DNA from: Octopus vulgaris
Lineage: Eukaryota
DNA length: 64,000 bases
Reading direction: 5' to 3'
Assembly: GCA_951406725.2 (NCBI GenBank)
Contig: OX597835.1
Coordinates: 41,354,001 to 41,418,000 of the forward strand
This document shows positions 1 to 13,244 of this stretch, piece by piece; the stretch's first letter is position 1, and every line of letters begins with the position of its first letter. Position numbers and translations under genes: made by a program. The notes under the pieces were generated by a model that saw nothing but the letters and a program-made list of their open reading frames with translations, was not told the origin of the DNA and searched no databases.

Positions 1-386
1 TTAAAGTAATTGAAAGAAACACAGAGCATCTCAAAATAAATACAGTAATAAAAGGGTTAATTATTCTCACACATTCTAAATACTTTAATTGTTCTAAATA
101 TTTCATTATTTGTTCTTTTGGCTAACAATGTACCTCTATATACAGACATACACACACACATTCCAAAATGAAACTGGAAAGAGAAAAACTCATTGAAATG
201 AACTTCTTTCATTTTAAACAAATGCGTTGATTACAAAATAACCTTTGATGGAAAAATAGAAATTGAGAAAACAATACCAGGTCAGAAGGATTTCTGAGAA
301 ATGCCAGGCTTTAGAACATGTTTTTAGAACATGAGGTGATTGTGATATAATTAGTCAGTGGCGGTTACTTGAAAGACAGGAAATTA
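1..386 (+). repeat. Direct duplication with 2086-2474
   Basis: Near-identical, including non-TE sequence. Confidence 0.92.
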
Positions 387-949
387 TTCGTTAGCAAGAA
401 ATTAAGTAAACAAATTCAATATGTGTGTGTGTGCATGTGTATAATGCGTCTCTTAGGTCACACTGACACATTAAAAGACGCCAACTTCATGCAAGTGTAT
501 CTGGATAAGTCAACCAACCGAAGTCCATCCCTTTTCAGGAATCGATTTAAAAAAATTTTTTTTTTTAACTCTGATAAAAGTCATAATTTTTACGATGCTT
601 CCTCTGCTTGCTTTTCAGCAATGAATCAACTTCTGTAAACTTAGTGGCTTTTGTCCATTTGGGACTGTCTTCAACTTTGGCCATGATACAGTGCCAATGC
701 TAAGATCTAAAAGTGTTAATCTCTCAGCAGTAGTCTGCAATCCTACAGACTCAACGATAATAATAATTTTCACAGAAATTACTTTTTACCTTCAAGTGTA
801 ACATTGTGCAAACGTTTTCTCAACTTCTCGTCATGTCACCTGCTAAGATAGCTTGAATACAATTAAGATTTGATTACATATGTTTTCACTTACACTTGCA
901 GGATATCAGTTCTTGTGCATCAATTTCCGAATTAATCCATTAATAATAA

Positions 950-1262
950 TAATGAAATTATTGTATACAGTGCTCAGGTGCACCACAACTTGTCAGAAAG
1001 TGCATATAAAGTGTATGCAGTAATGTAAAAATGTCTGGAAAGCGAACAATGTATGAGTCAGATACATGTTTGCGTGAGTATGGAGGGGAGAAAATCAGGT
1101 GTAGTGTTGGCGAATCTCAGGAAGCATGGAAGTTTTGAAGGATGCAGTGCTCCGACAACTAACAACTGATGCTGGCAGTTTGTTCCATGCTTCAGCAACT
1201 CTCAGCGTGAAAAAATGTTTCCTGAAGTCATGGGAGCTGTGCTGTTTTCTGACTTTGTAAAT
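950..1262 (-). mobile_element. CR1 LINE 3' end
   Basis: RKHFFTLRVAEAWNKLPASVV...SFK motif; (TTA)n tail. Confidence 0.82.
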
Positions 1263-3427
1263 ATTACTGAATTCTATTGTATAAACAAATTTCATCCAAA
1301 TCCATGCAAGAGTTGTATTACTACTGGACAAACTGCATTTCCTGAAAATCTCTCGGTTCCAACAGGATTGTGAGAAAGCAGAACATGACTCGAAAAGTTA
1401 CGAACATCTTGATGTATAATTTATGGTTTGGGTTTCCATGGTTGAATGGTGAGACAAAACTTGAAGCAGTTATGGTTGGTTGACAGCAGCCACATGGATC
1501 GGTCATTCTGTGATATCTTTAAATAAAGAAACAAAAATAAATTCAGTGAATTTGGGAGAGGGGGGGGGGGGGCAAACTAAACAACAAAAGATACATGTCT
1601 ATATCGTTCTCAGTGTGATCAGATGCTGTTACACATCACTGGTCACAATGTGCTTTGCATTGTTTTAGCCATCAAAGGATGCCACCCTGCTTGGTTAGGC
1701 GAGCAGGCCAACACTGCCCCTTGATCGAAAGAAGACTGGAGCAACATGAAATGAAGTGAAGTGTCTTGCTCAAGAACACAAAATTCCTACCTAGTGTGGG
1801 AATTGAACCTGCAATCGTGAATGCAACAGCCTAACTACTAGGCCACACACCTTGACACACACATACATATATATAGTGTTCTGTGATGGTAAGATCAACA
1901 AAAAAAGGTGTTCCGTCTGGTGAGAGATACATATTATTTGATAAACAACACAGTATAAGTTTTCATGTGCTGGGAACAGGCCAAATATTGTTTTATAACA
2001 TGTCTGGTGTCCCATACACACACACGCATGTTCCTAACACTAGCTTAATGATAACTAAGTTATTTTATTAAATTCTTTGTTATATTTAAAGTAATTGAAA
2101 GAAACACAGAGCATCTCAAAATAAATACGCTAATAAAAGGGTTAATTATTCTCACACATTCTAAATACTTTAATTGTTCTAAATATTTCATTATTTGTTC
2201 TTTTGGCTAACAATGTACCTCTATACACAGACATACACACACACACATTCCAAAATGAAACTGGAAAGAGAAAAACTCATTGAAATGAACTTCTTTCATT
2301 TTAAACAAATGCGTTGATTATAAAATAACCTTTGATGGAAAAATAGAAATTGAGAAAACAATACCAGGTCAGAAGGATTTCTGAGAAATGCCAGGCTTTA
2401 GAACATGTTTTTAGAACATGAGGTGATTGTGATATAATTAGTCAGTGGCGGTTACTTGAAAGACCAGGAAATTACCATTATATTTTTTAAGGATTCCAAG
2501 ATTGATGGGAGAAAGTTATTCCTCAAACCAGACACCTGGTTTGCATGCTTCCAACAAAGTTCGTCTATCATCATCATCATCATCATCATACAAGCTAGAT
2601 AATTCACAGAACAACCTACACTGACTCCACATTGCCCAAAATACAAAATAAAATACCTGCTGTGAATTTGAACTCAGAACCTGTATTAACCCTTTAATAT
2701 ATTCAAAGTGGCCTAACCCCAGCTCAAATATTCTACTTGTTTTATGTTCAAACTGACCAGATCCAACCCCTCATACCTAGCCTACAATGTCATTCTAAAA
2801 ATAACAATGTGAATAATTAAGCATAACATTTGACATCATCATCATCGTATAACGTCCGTTTTCCATGCCGGCATGGGTTGGACGGTGCAACTGGGGTCTG
2901 GGAAGCCAGGAGGCTGCACCAGGCCCAGTTTGATCTGGCAATGTTTCTATGGCTGGATGCCCTTCCTAACGCCAACCACTCCGTGAGTGTAGTGGGTGCT
3001 TTTTACGTGCCACCGGCACAGGGACCAGGGGAGGCTGGCAAACGGCCACGATCGGATGGTGCTCTTTACGTGCCACCGGCGCAGGGGCCAGGTGAGGCTG
3101 GCAACGGCCATGGTTGGATGGTGCATTTTATGTGCCACCGGCACATCTGAATGTTAAAAAGTTAAGCTTGTAATCCTATTCTCCTTTCCTCCACCCTTCA
3201 AACCATTTCAATGAGACTGACTGTGATGACTCATTATTAAAAAAGAACCGGCTCCTCCGGTGTCTGGGCAGGGTCGTTTTGGTGTTTTGTTTTACAACAT
3301 GACACCACAATACTATTGAGTGAGGGTGTCTTTGACATAGTTGATCAGCTTGCTAGAGATAGCAGCCACATCTTCCCCAAATATAACAATACCCTAGCAC
3401 TGCAAACAAGAGATGGTTACATTAGAG

Positions 3428-3687
3428 CAGTGGTTCTCAACCAGGGCCCACATGACCTTTGAAGGTCAATATAAGGTTTTGGTGTTAAAATTTATCTGTA
3501 ATGAATTCGTTATACTTCTGCAATGCACAAACGATTTTAATACCTTTTTTTTATGCAATTTCTAATAATATTTAATCATAAAAGTATAATAGGAATTTTT
3601 TAAACATTGAATGGCTTTGAGGGTCCATCTGGGTAAAAAAAAAAATCAAAGGGGTCCAAAGGCAAATAAAATTGTAGGCAACCACTG
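3428..3687. mobile_element. hAT (Charlie-like) MITE
   Basis: Termini cagtggtt / aaccactg; 8-bp TSD cattagag / cattagac. Confidence 0.75.
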
Positions 3688-4340
3688 CATTAGACAATAG
3701 TCTTAGCTGTAGTCCTGAAAAGGGAAGATGGTTACAGTTGGTGCATCTTTGGTCACAGACTGATCAGAGAGAGGGGGAGCTAAACAACAACAAGGCACCA
3801 GTGATAGGGGTACAAACTGAGGACTGACTAAGGACACCAATGTCATATACATGGTTCCCCAGAGTGACTGCAGCCCTTGGGCTGAAACTAAAAGAAAAGT
3901 GATTGATTTAGATATGATGATGGGGGGGGGGTAGTGGGTGGTGGTGGTGGTGGTGGTGCTCTTCACGATGATGGTGAGTGGTGGTGGTGGTGGTGATGGC
4001 AGCTGTGACAGTGGTGGTGTTGGTGGTGATGGTCATGACTTAATTTTCAAAATCAGTTGCACCAAAAAAACAAAAACAAAAACAATAAAAGACCTCCAAA
4101 AATAAAAGAACAAACAAATAAAATCAGATAGAAACCTGTCTGGTTTTTCCTGCCATGGATCTGCAATCATTCGTCTTCAAGGAATCAGCTCTGAGATGGC
4201 ATCGAGTCTGAGGCGAGGAAGTTGGAGAAGCTTAAAAATAGAAAAAAAGACGACATTAATACAGGTTTTACTAGATTTTTGTGTGTGTGAGTGATACTAA
4301 CATACCTCACATAGTAGCAGAAATTAATACTGTTATAAGA

Positions 4341-4547
4341 TACTCTTCTACTTGTTTCAGTCATTTGACTGCGGCCATGCTGGAGCACCGCCTTTAGCCG
4401 AGCAAATCGACCCCAGGACTTATTCTTTGTAAGCCTAGTACTTATCCTATCAGTCTCTTTTGCTGAACCTCTAAGTTACGGGGACGTAAACACACCAGCA
4501 TCGGTTGTCAAGCGATGTTGGGGGGACAAACACAGACATACAAACAT

Positions 4548-4580
<33 letters not shown>

Positions 4581-4753
4581 CATATATACGACGGGCCTCT
4601 TTCAGTTTCCGTCTACCAAATCCACTCACAAGGCTTTGGTCGGCCCGAGGCTATAGTAGAAGACACTTGCCCAAGGTGCCACGCAGTGGGACTGAACCCG
4701 AAACCATGTGGTTGGTAAGCAAGCTACTTACCACACAGCCACTCCTGCGCCTA
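4341..4753 (-). mobile_element. tRNA-derived SINE family A (about 400 bp, internal TA/CA microsatellite)
   Basis: A box TGGCTGTGTGG, B-box-like GGTTCAGTCCC; other minus copies at about 5987-6385, 11440-11603, 16345-16650, 22412-22821, 29960-30340, 30350-30720, 31057-31630, 33615-33830, 39735-40143, 45165-45552, 51258-51669. Confidence 0.9.
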
Positions 4754-7017
4754 TCATAATAATATTGTATAATACTAATATATAACAGAGACATATAACA
4801 GGAACATGATAGACACTTTGTGTGTATTTAAGTCTACAAACACATTAGACCTTAATTGTGGTTTTGTGCTGGGAGGCAAATGTAAATTGATCTAATAACA
4901 TACTTCTTCAAATGTAAACACAGCAGACATCATCAAAACTATATACACTTCCCTCCTCCACTAACGATGCATTGATAACTCTTACTATTTCTGCTTATAA
5001 TTGCATGTGTGTGTGCATGTGTCTGTCTACCAGATGGAATATGATGCATGCCAAGAAGCAGTGAGTCTTTTAGTAATTACCCACTAATGAGGGCGACAGG
5101 TTGGCAGAATCGTTAGGAGGTTGGAAAAGAATTCTTTGCAGCATTTGAGCATTTGTCTTCTTTATATTCTGAGTTCAAATCCTACCAGGTTCAAGGGCAA
5201 TAAAACTGAAACATATTGAATGCGTGTGCATGCATATGTATTTATGTAGTTATAAGTGTGTGTTTACATATGTATTACGCATAGGCGTGGACATGTGTGA
5301 GCGTGCATACATCTGCATTCAGAATAAGTCTCTGAATGAGTGTATGCACTCACACCTGTACAAATACACCTGTACAAATGCAACAGTATATACTCATAAA
5401 ATTATATCCATGTGCACATGGACATGCACAAACATATATACACACCAAAAGTCTCTCTCTCTCTCTTTCTCATTTACCATTTGTTCGTTTGGTTTTACAT
5501 TCATTTTTCTGTGCAGGTGGCACATAATTGTGCAGGTGACACATAGCTGTGCAGGTGGCACATAAAAAGCAGCATTTGAGCATGGCCGTTGCCAGTACCG
5601 CCTGACTGGCCCTCGTGCCGGTGACACGTAAAATGCATCCACTACACTCTCGGAGTGGTTGGCATTAAAAAGGGCATCCAGCTGTAAAAACTCTGCCAGA
5701 TCAGATTGGAGCCTGGTGCAACCATCTGGTTTGCCAGTCCTCAGTCAAATCGTCCAACCCATGCTAGCATGGAAAGCGGACGCTAAATGATGATGATGAT
5801 CCTTATCTTATAAGTATATAAACAATTTTGTAGTTCTCTCGTCAGAATATAATGCAGGACTGCATTCACCCCATATGACTTCTGATATTTATCCACATGG
5901 TCAAGATGGACTGGAAGATGAAATGTATAAGCGGGATATGTACGAGTAGATTGGTATCTGCAGGTAAATCTACCAGTGGGCAGGTATACTCTCTCTTTTA
6001 CTTGTTTCAGTCATTTGACTGTGGCCATGCTGGAGCACCGCCTTTAGTCAAGCAAATCGACCCCAGGACTTATTCTTTGTAAGCCCAGTACTTATTCTGT
6101 CAGTCTCTTTTGCGGAACCGCTAAGTTATGGAGACGTAAACATACCAGCATCGGTTGTCAAGCGATGTTGGGGGGAAAACACAGACACACAAACATACAC
6201 ACATACATATATATACATATACGACGGGCTTCTTTCAGTTTCCGTCTACCAAATCCACTCACAAGGCTTTGGTCGGCCCAAGGCTATAGTAGAAGACACT
6301 TGCCCAACATGCCACACAGTGGGACTGAACCTGGAACCATGTGGTTGGTAAGCAAGCTACTTACCACACAGCCACTCCTGCGCCTATTACATATATTTCT
6401 CATTTATATATTAATGGTTTATTCTGCTGAAGATCGCAAAGCAATTGTTTGCAGAGCGTGAAATCTTGAGGAATATATAGAATTATCCAATAGTTTTGGT
6501 ATTTTCTTGCTCATTCCCTCTGGTTGAATACAGAGAACAAATAGTAGAGTGGACTGTAGGTATTTGACACCTATTTCTAGCTTGGCAATGGTCATATCCA
6601 GTTGCCCTTAACTATAATTATATATGTATATAATTTCATCATCATCATCGTTTAATGTCCGTTTTCCATGCTAGCATGGGTTGGACGGTTTGACCGGAGT
6701 CTGGGAAGCCACGAGGCTGCACCAGGCTCCAGTCTGATCTGGCAGTGTTTGTACAGCTGGATGCCCTTCCTAACGCCAACCACTCCGTGAGTGTAGTGGG
6801 TGCTTTTTACATGCCACCTGCACAGGTGCCAGGGGAGGCTGGCAACGGCCACGATCGGTGGTGCTTTTTAGGTGCCACCAGCACGGAAGCCAGTCAAGGT
6901 GGCGCTGGCAGAATGATAAAAAAGTTCTTAGTACAGTATAATATATTTGAAAAAATGAGTAGAGATGGCTTGGCGGGGGGGATAATTATAATTTTAATAA
7001 TAGTGTTTTCAGCTACT

Positions 7018-7102
7018 CTAATGAGTTCTGAGCTTTTCAACAGCCGTTTTCAAACTGAAATTCTGTGGTTTAGAAGGTTGCTCATACAGCAAAAGATTTT
7101 TT
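7018..7102 (-). CDS. Putative terminal exon
   Basis: Preceded by a long T-rich tract ending ttgtaag|; phase 2 gives (I)KNLLLYEQPSKPQNFSLKTAVEKLRTH*, phase-compatible with 9807-9850. Confidence 0.22.
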
Positions 7103-7329
7103 CTTACAAGTAGACAAATAAAAAAAAAAAGGGAAAATAGAAAATAAAAAATAAAAAATACAAAATACAAAATAAAAAATATATAAAAATCAATATAAAA
7201 ATGGCATCAAAAATAATAAAAGAATACAAAAAGTAAATACAACAGCATGTGTGAAAAAAAAAAAGAAAAAAAGAAAAAGCGGTTCTTTTTCCTTTTTTCC
7301 ACCTTTTTCTTTTTTTCCTTGCTCTTTGT

Positions 7330-7675
7330 CCTTGGCCTATGAGATCCCCAGACCTCACCGCATTTGTTTTTTTCTAGTGGGGACATGTAAAGGATCGCGT
7401 TTATGTTGCACCGCTACCCACAAAGCTCGGTGACCTTAAGCATCGAATAACAACAGAGATCAACTCAGTGGATCGTGATATGGTGATACGTGTCTGGGAG
7501 GAATTCTCTTATTGCATTGATGTTGCCCGTGTTGCAGGTGGTGGGCCACATTGGACACTTGTAAGAGAGGAAATGAAAATTGATCAGGAGTAAATACTTG
7601 TGACTTAGCAGGAGTTTTCTGTTGCTTTTCCTTATTGCGCAATGAAATCAGTTAAATCTTTTAGAATAACCCTGT
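7330..7675 (+). mobile_element. Tc1/mariner-superfamily transposase C-terminal remnant
   Basis: RSPDLT...WGHVKDRVY-like motif; terminus ...ataaccctgt. Confidence 0.55.
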
Positions 7676-7704
7676 GTGTGTGTGTGTGTATATATATACA
7701 TATA

Positions 7705-7995
7705 TGGAAACGCAGTGGCCTAGTGGTTAGGGCGGCGGACTTGCGATCGTAGGATCGCGGTTTCGATTCCCAGACTGGGCGTTCTGAGTGTTTATTGAGC
7801 GAAAACACTTAAAGCTCCAAGAGGCTCCTGCAGGGAATGGTGGTGATCCCTGCTGTACTCTTTTGCTGCAACTTTCTCTTACTCTTTCTTCTGTTGGCCT
7901 GCTTGCTTAGCCAGTGGGGTGGCGTCATCTTGAAGGCTAAAACAATGTGAAGCAACATCTGATAGCCTGGTCAGTCACAGCAATTCACGGCGGCG
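7705..7995 (+). mobile_element. tRNA-derived SINE family D
   Basis: TGGCCTAGTGGTTAGGGC...GGTTTCGATTCCC head; minus copy at about 11080-11396. Confidence 0.78.
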
Positions 7996-8027
7996 ATATA
8001 TATATATATATGTGTGTGTGTGTGTTT

Positions 8028-8363
8028 GTGAAGGTGCATGGCTCAGTGGTTAGAGCGACGAGCTTACAATCGTGAGGTGTGAGTTCGAATCCCGGATCGG
8101 GCAGCATGTTGTGTTCTTGAGCAAGACACTTTATTTCACGTTGTTCCAGTTCACTCAGCTGTAAATGAGTTGTGACATCACAGGTGCCAAGCTGTATCGG
8201 GCCCCTTTGCCTTTCTCTTGGATAACACTGGTGGCGTGGAGAGGGAAGGATGGTATGCATGGGTGACTGCTGGTCTTCCATAAACAACCTTGCCCGGACT
8301 TGTGCCTGTGAGGGTAACTTTCTAGGTGCAATCCCATAATCAGTCATGACCAAAGGGGGTCTC
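8028..8363 (+). mobile_element. tRNA-derived SINE family C
   Basis: TGGCTCAGTGGTTAGAGC...GTTCGAATCCC head; partial copies at about 15000-15195 and 29410-29590. Confidence 0.8.
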
Positions 8364-8606
8364 AGTGTGTATGTATATATATATATATAAAATATAGGAC
8401 AATCAGTTAGTTGTCATAATAAAACTCAGAGTTTTGGATGTCACAGCTGAAGCCTGCTCTGTCATCTCATCAGTTCTTAAGACAAAAACACTTGAATAAA
8501 AACCATTGAATAAAAGGAAGTTATTCCAACAGGTGTGCAGAAAGTAAAACTTCATTCATAGAATATGCATATACACACATATACATACATGTACGCATAC
8601 ACTCCC

Positions 8607-8663
<57 letters not shown>

Positions 8664-8934
8664 TACACACACACCTGTACATATATACACACACACACAC
8701 ATCTATACTCACGTATATGTGTCCATACACACATCATTGTGTTCATGTACACATCTCTATACGCACATGCACATACATGGATATACAAAACACTGCATTT
8801 GCATATATATGTACAAATATGTACAAATATACACATATACGTATAAATACGTAGTCAACATCATCCTTGCGTAGATATATAGACGTTTATACAAATAGAA
8901 ACACATACGCAAAAACACATTCATATGTAAGAGT

Positions 8935-9115
8935 GTGTATGCATGTAATAACCTGCTTGGGTTGTGAACATCACTATATAGGAGAGACAAGTACAACATT
9001 GAGACAAAGAACTGCTCTTCATGAAGAGCCGATCTGGTTCCTGGAATAAAGACGGGTTCCTTTAAGTGAACACGTAAAGAAATGTGCAGGTAACATCAAA
9101 CCAAATTTCACAGTC
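8935..9115 (+). mobile_element. Penelope GIY-YIG endonuclease fragment
   Basis: VITCLGCEHHYIGETSTTLRQR...H...PLSEH..KC. Confidence 0.75.
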
Positions 9116-9806
9116 AGATACCCTTCCTGTCACCAATCCTCACCTGTTTCTTGACATGGTTTTCAGGGAAGTTTGGAACTGAACATCCCTTATATAGCAA
9201 TGATGCTTCTATGCAAGCATCACATGATGTTGAGATGACAAAGGTGCACACACATACAAATTTATATATATATATATATATTTAGATTCAGTTGAATTAG
9301 GCACTTAAATAGAGGCACCTCCTTAGTTCAGTATAATCTGCACAGCCCACACACACACACACGTCGCATACATTGACAAATGTCCCCTCCCTCTCTCTCA
9401 CTCACCCACATACACATTGCTCTCCTTTCACTTCTGTTACAAACACACCACCTCTTTTTATCACACACATACACACACTTGGACTCTATTTTTCAAACAT
9501 TAACAGATAAACTTTTGGTTTGTCTTTCATTTTCTCAGACACAGACACCCGGCCACATATGCATACAAACACATACACTTCACCCCCCCACAAACTCACT
9601 CTCTCCTTCCACTCTATCTCCTTTTCACACTAACTTTCCCACCCCACTCACTCTCTCCCTCTCTCACACACACACACACACATCGACAACTCTCTCCTTC
9701 CCCTCCTGCCCTTCTCTACCTCCCCTGCATTCATTCAATGAAACAAAAGTAAAACAGTAACAAAAAATCCTAAAAATCAAATCAATAAGAAAAAAAAAAC
9801 ATTTAC

Positions 9807-9850
9807 ATTAGTGTTTTTCTGAGAAAACCTGTCAACAGTTTCTGGGTAAT
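9807..9850 (-). CDS. Putative downstream exon (alternative C-terminus or UTR exon)
   Basis: Long pyrimidine tract ...ttttttttatgtcag|ATT ... AT|gtaaat; 44 nt; ITQKLLTGFLRKTL in phase 0; splice signals only. Confidence 0.3.
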
Positions 9851-10027
9851 CTGACATAAAAAAAAAGTGGAACAAGGAAGATAAAAAACAACAATAGCAA
9901 AAGAATAACAATTTATCTTGGTACAATAAATGCCAGAACTTGAACAGGATTGCTCGGGTTTAAAAATAACAGCTAAACCACTGCTGAATTTCAAACTGCT
10001 ATATTATATAATGTGATTCTAGCTTAA

Positions 10028-10249
10028 CCCTTTTGTTACCAGCCCAGCCAAAACCAGCTCTGGTTCTGTAGTATAAGTGTCTTGTTTTCATAAGTTTTTC
10101 ATTAAAATCTTCCACCAAACCTTAGTCACAATTTATGATCCTAACACTAGCTTAATGATAACTAAGTAATTTTACTAAATTCTTTGTTATATTTAAAATT
10201 AATTGAAAGAAACACAGAACATCTCAAAATGAATACGGTAACAAAAGGG
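10028..10249. mobile_element. piggyBac-like MITE (about 220 bp)
   Basis: TTAA|CCCTTTTGTTACC ... GGTAACAAAAGGG|TTAA; partial copies at 1-60 and about 2030-2145. Confidence 0.8.
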
Positions 10250-10817
10250 TTAATAACATTGAACAATTTTAACCCATTATGTTGAGATTTTAAGGTCTTT
10301 GATAATCTTGTCATTGAAATTTTGCTTGTGTTTCAGCCTCAGTTTGTCCAACAATATGACCTCTTTGAAAATCTGACAGTTCTGCAGAATTTTTTAGTCA
10401 AATAAATTGCCCCCAGTACGTTTTTTTTCTAAAGCCTATATATATACATCTATATACATATATCATCATCATCATCGTTTAACGTCCGCTTTCCATGCTG
10501 GCATGAGTTGGACGGTTCAACTGGGGTCTGGGAAGCCCGAGGGCTGCACCAGGCTCCAGTCTGATCTGGCAGTGTTTCTACAGCTGGATGCCCTTCCTAA
10601 TGCCAACCACTCCGTGAGTGTAGTGGGTGCTTTTTATGTGCCACCGACACAGGTGCCAAACGAGGCTGGCGAACGGCCACGCTCAGATGGTGTTTTTTAC
10701 GTGCCACCGGCACGGAGGCCAGGCGAGGCTGGCATGGCCACGATCGGATGGTGTTTGTTATGTGCCACCAGCATGGAGGCCAGTCGATGCGGTGCTGGCT
10801 ACGGCCACGTTCGGATG

Positions 10818-10866
<49 letters not shown>

Positions 10867-10933
10867 GCATATATACATACATATATATGTACATGTGTGT
10901 ATATATATATTTTATATATATATATATATATTT

Positions 10934-10969
<36 letters not shown>

Positions 10970-11612
10970 TATATATGCATGCTTGCACACACACACATAT
11001 ATATATATACATACACACACACATTCTGCTGGTCTCTTCTGCTGAACCACTAAGTTACGAGGATGTAAGCACACCAATTATTTTTTTATGCACCCTTTTC
11101 AAGCCTAGCCAGGCTCATGGGCCCGGTTTCCCAGTTTCTAAGGCGTATGTGTTCCCCCACAGCTGGACGGGACACCAGTCTATCGCAGCATTACTCAAGA
11201 AACAGGAAGAAAGAGTGAGAGAAAGTTGGGGGCGAAAGAGTACAACAGGGGTCACCACCACCCCCTGTCGGTGCCTCATGGAGCTTTTAGGTGTTTTCGC
11301 TCAATAAACACACACAATGCCTGGTCTGGGAATCGAAACCGCAATCCTCCGACTGCAAGTACACTGCCCTAACCACTGGGCCATTGCACCTCCACACGCA
11401 CAACTACAAAAATACTCACACATAAATATATACACACATATGATGGGCTTCCTCAGCTTTCATTCACAATATCCATTCACAAGGCCCTGGTTGGCCTGAG
11501 ACCATAGTAGAAGACACCTACCCAAGGTCCCACACCGTGGGACTGAATCTGAAACCATATGGTTGGGAAGCAACCTTCCTACCACACAATCACGACTGCC
11601 CCACATAAATAT

Positions 11613-11645
<33 letters not shown>

Positions 11646-11952
11646 TGTATGTATATATTTAAAATTGGAACCGTAATGATTTCCTACTTAGTGTCAAAAG
11701 TTATTTCGTGCACTTGAGTTTATTCTTAATGTTTTGTATGGAGTTCCCCTCTTTTTAAATTTCCTCACATAAACTGGTCAATGATGTCCTTCAGAAGAAT
11801 GTATGTCTTCTCTAAGAGTACTTGAAACACTGTGTGTTCGTGTGTCTGTATGTGTTTCGGTCGATGATATGTCCGGACTGTGTGTCTTTGTGATCAGTAA
11901 ACATTTGCAAACAATAAATGTTTGTGTCTCTGTCTCCGTACATACAGGAATC

Positions 11953-11992
<40 letters not shown>

Positions 11993-12358
11993 GATGAATA
12001 TTTCCCCGTGTACATAAAAGAACACACGTGAGTGTGTGTGTGTGTGGGGGGGGGCGTTGTAAGACAAAGGAAATGGACAACAGCTTTTCCAGTTTTCCAG
12101 GAATTCCCATGCCAGTGCATCAAAGTGAAGTGGTTGCTATGAGATCTAAGAGATTCATGAGTGCGTGTAAATATAATTCTCTTAAAATGCCGAGGCAACA
12201 CGCTAGGCATTCATCACACCAGAAATTAACACCCACGTGTATACATACATATATGTGTGTATGTGTGTGTGTACACACATACACTTATATATATATGCAT
12301 ATATGTATATATATATATCATCATCATCATCATCGTTTAGCGTCTGCTTTCCATGCTA

Positions 12359-12409
<51 letters not shown>

Positions 12410-12636
12410 AATATTAGGGGGTATAACTCCAAACTTACAGGGAAAAATTCAATTTAGTATTAAATTAAATTTCACAATATAAATATATAATATATATATA
12501 AATTAGAGAAAAACCACTATTATGCAATTCAAACAATGATAGACAAACCAAATCATTAATAAAAAATAAAATATATTCTTATAAAACACATAACTAGATC
12601 ACAAAAGTATAAAAATAAATAATAAATAAAATATAC

Positions 12637-12675
<39 letters not shown>

Positions 12676-12740
12676 GGTCCCGGGTTGAGTCGGGGTTAAC
12701 CACAGTAAATAAGGTACTCAATACATGGCAGAGTAAATTA

Positions 12741-12858
12741 ATTTATTTTATAGGAGCTTCTACAGGACTAGAACTGTTTCATTCAAATGAAATTTCCTGA
12801 TGATTTCATTTGAATGAAACAGTTCTAGTCCTGTAGAAGCTCTTTCTATAAAATAAAT
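12741..12858. repeat. Palindrome with CTGATGA at its centre
   Basis: gagcttctacaggactagaactgtttcattcaaatgaaat / atttcatttgaatgaaacagttctagtcctgtagaagctc. Confidence 0.9.
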
Positions 12859-12909
12859 ATATATGTATATATATATATATATAAAATTGTGCGTTACATA
12901 TATATATAT

Positions 12910-13223
12910 AAATTAGAAAATAAAAAAACACCTTTTATCAATTCAATAATGAAAAATTAAATTATACCATTTAGAAAAATTACATCTTATAGAAAGATTA
13001 AATATAAGATAAAACATATAACGATGATTAAGTAAAGTGCAAAATAATGAATAAACCGTATATATTTGGTAGAACGTTTTTATTTATTATTTTGCACATT
13101 ACTTAATCATCGTTATATGTTTTATCTTATATTTAATCTTTCTATAATATGTCATTTTTCTAGATGGTATAATTTAATTTTTCATTATTGAATTGATAAA
13201 AGGTGGTTATTTTTTTCTAATTT
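12910..13223. repeat. Long AT-rich inverted repeat within (TA)n
   Basis: About 145-bp arms with a short spacer. Confidence 0.88.
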
Positions 13224-13244
13224 ATATATATATATATGCATATA

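Noticed and set aside
8028-8100. tRNA gene
   Set aside because: A and B boxes are present, but there is no acceptor stem and it continues into a SINE body
10407-11307. Longest ORFs in the track (212 and 226 aa)
   Set aside because: Chance read-through of an RTE 3'UTR, (TA)n and SINE sequence
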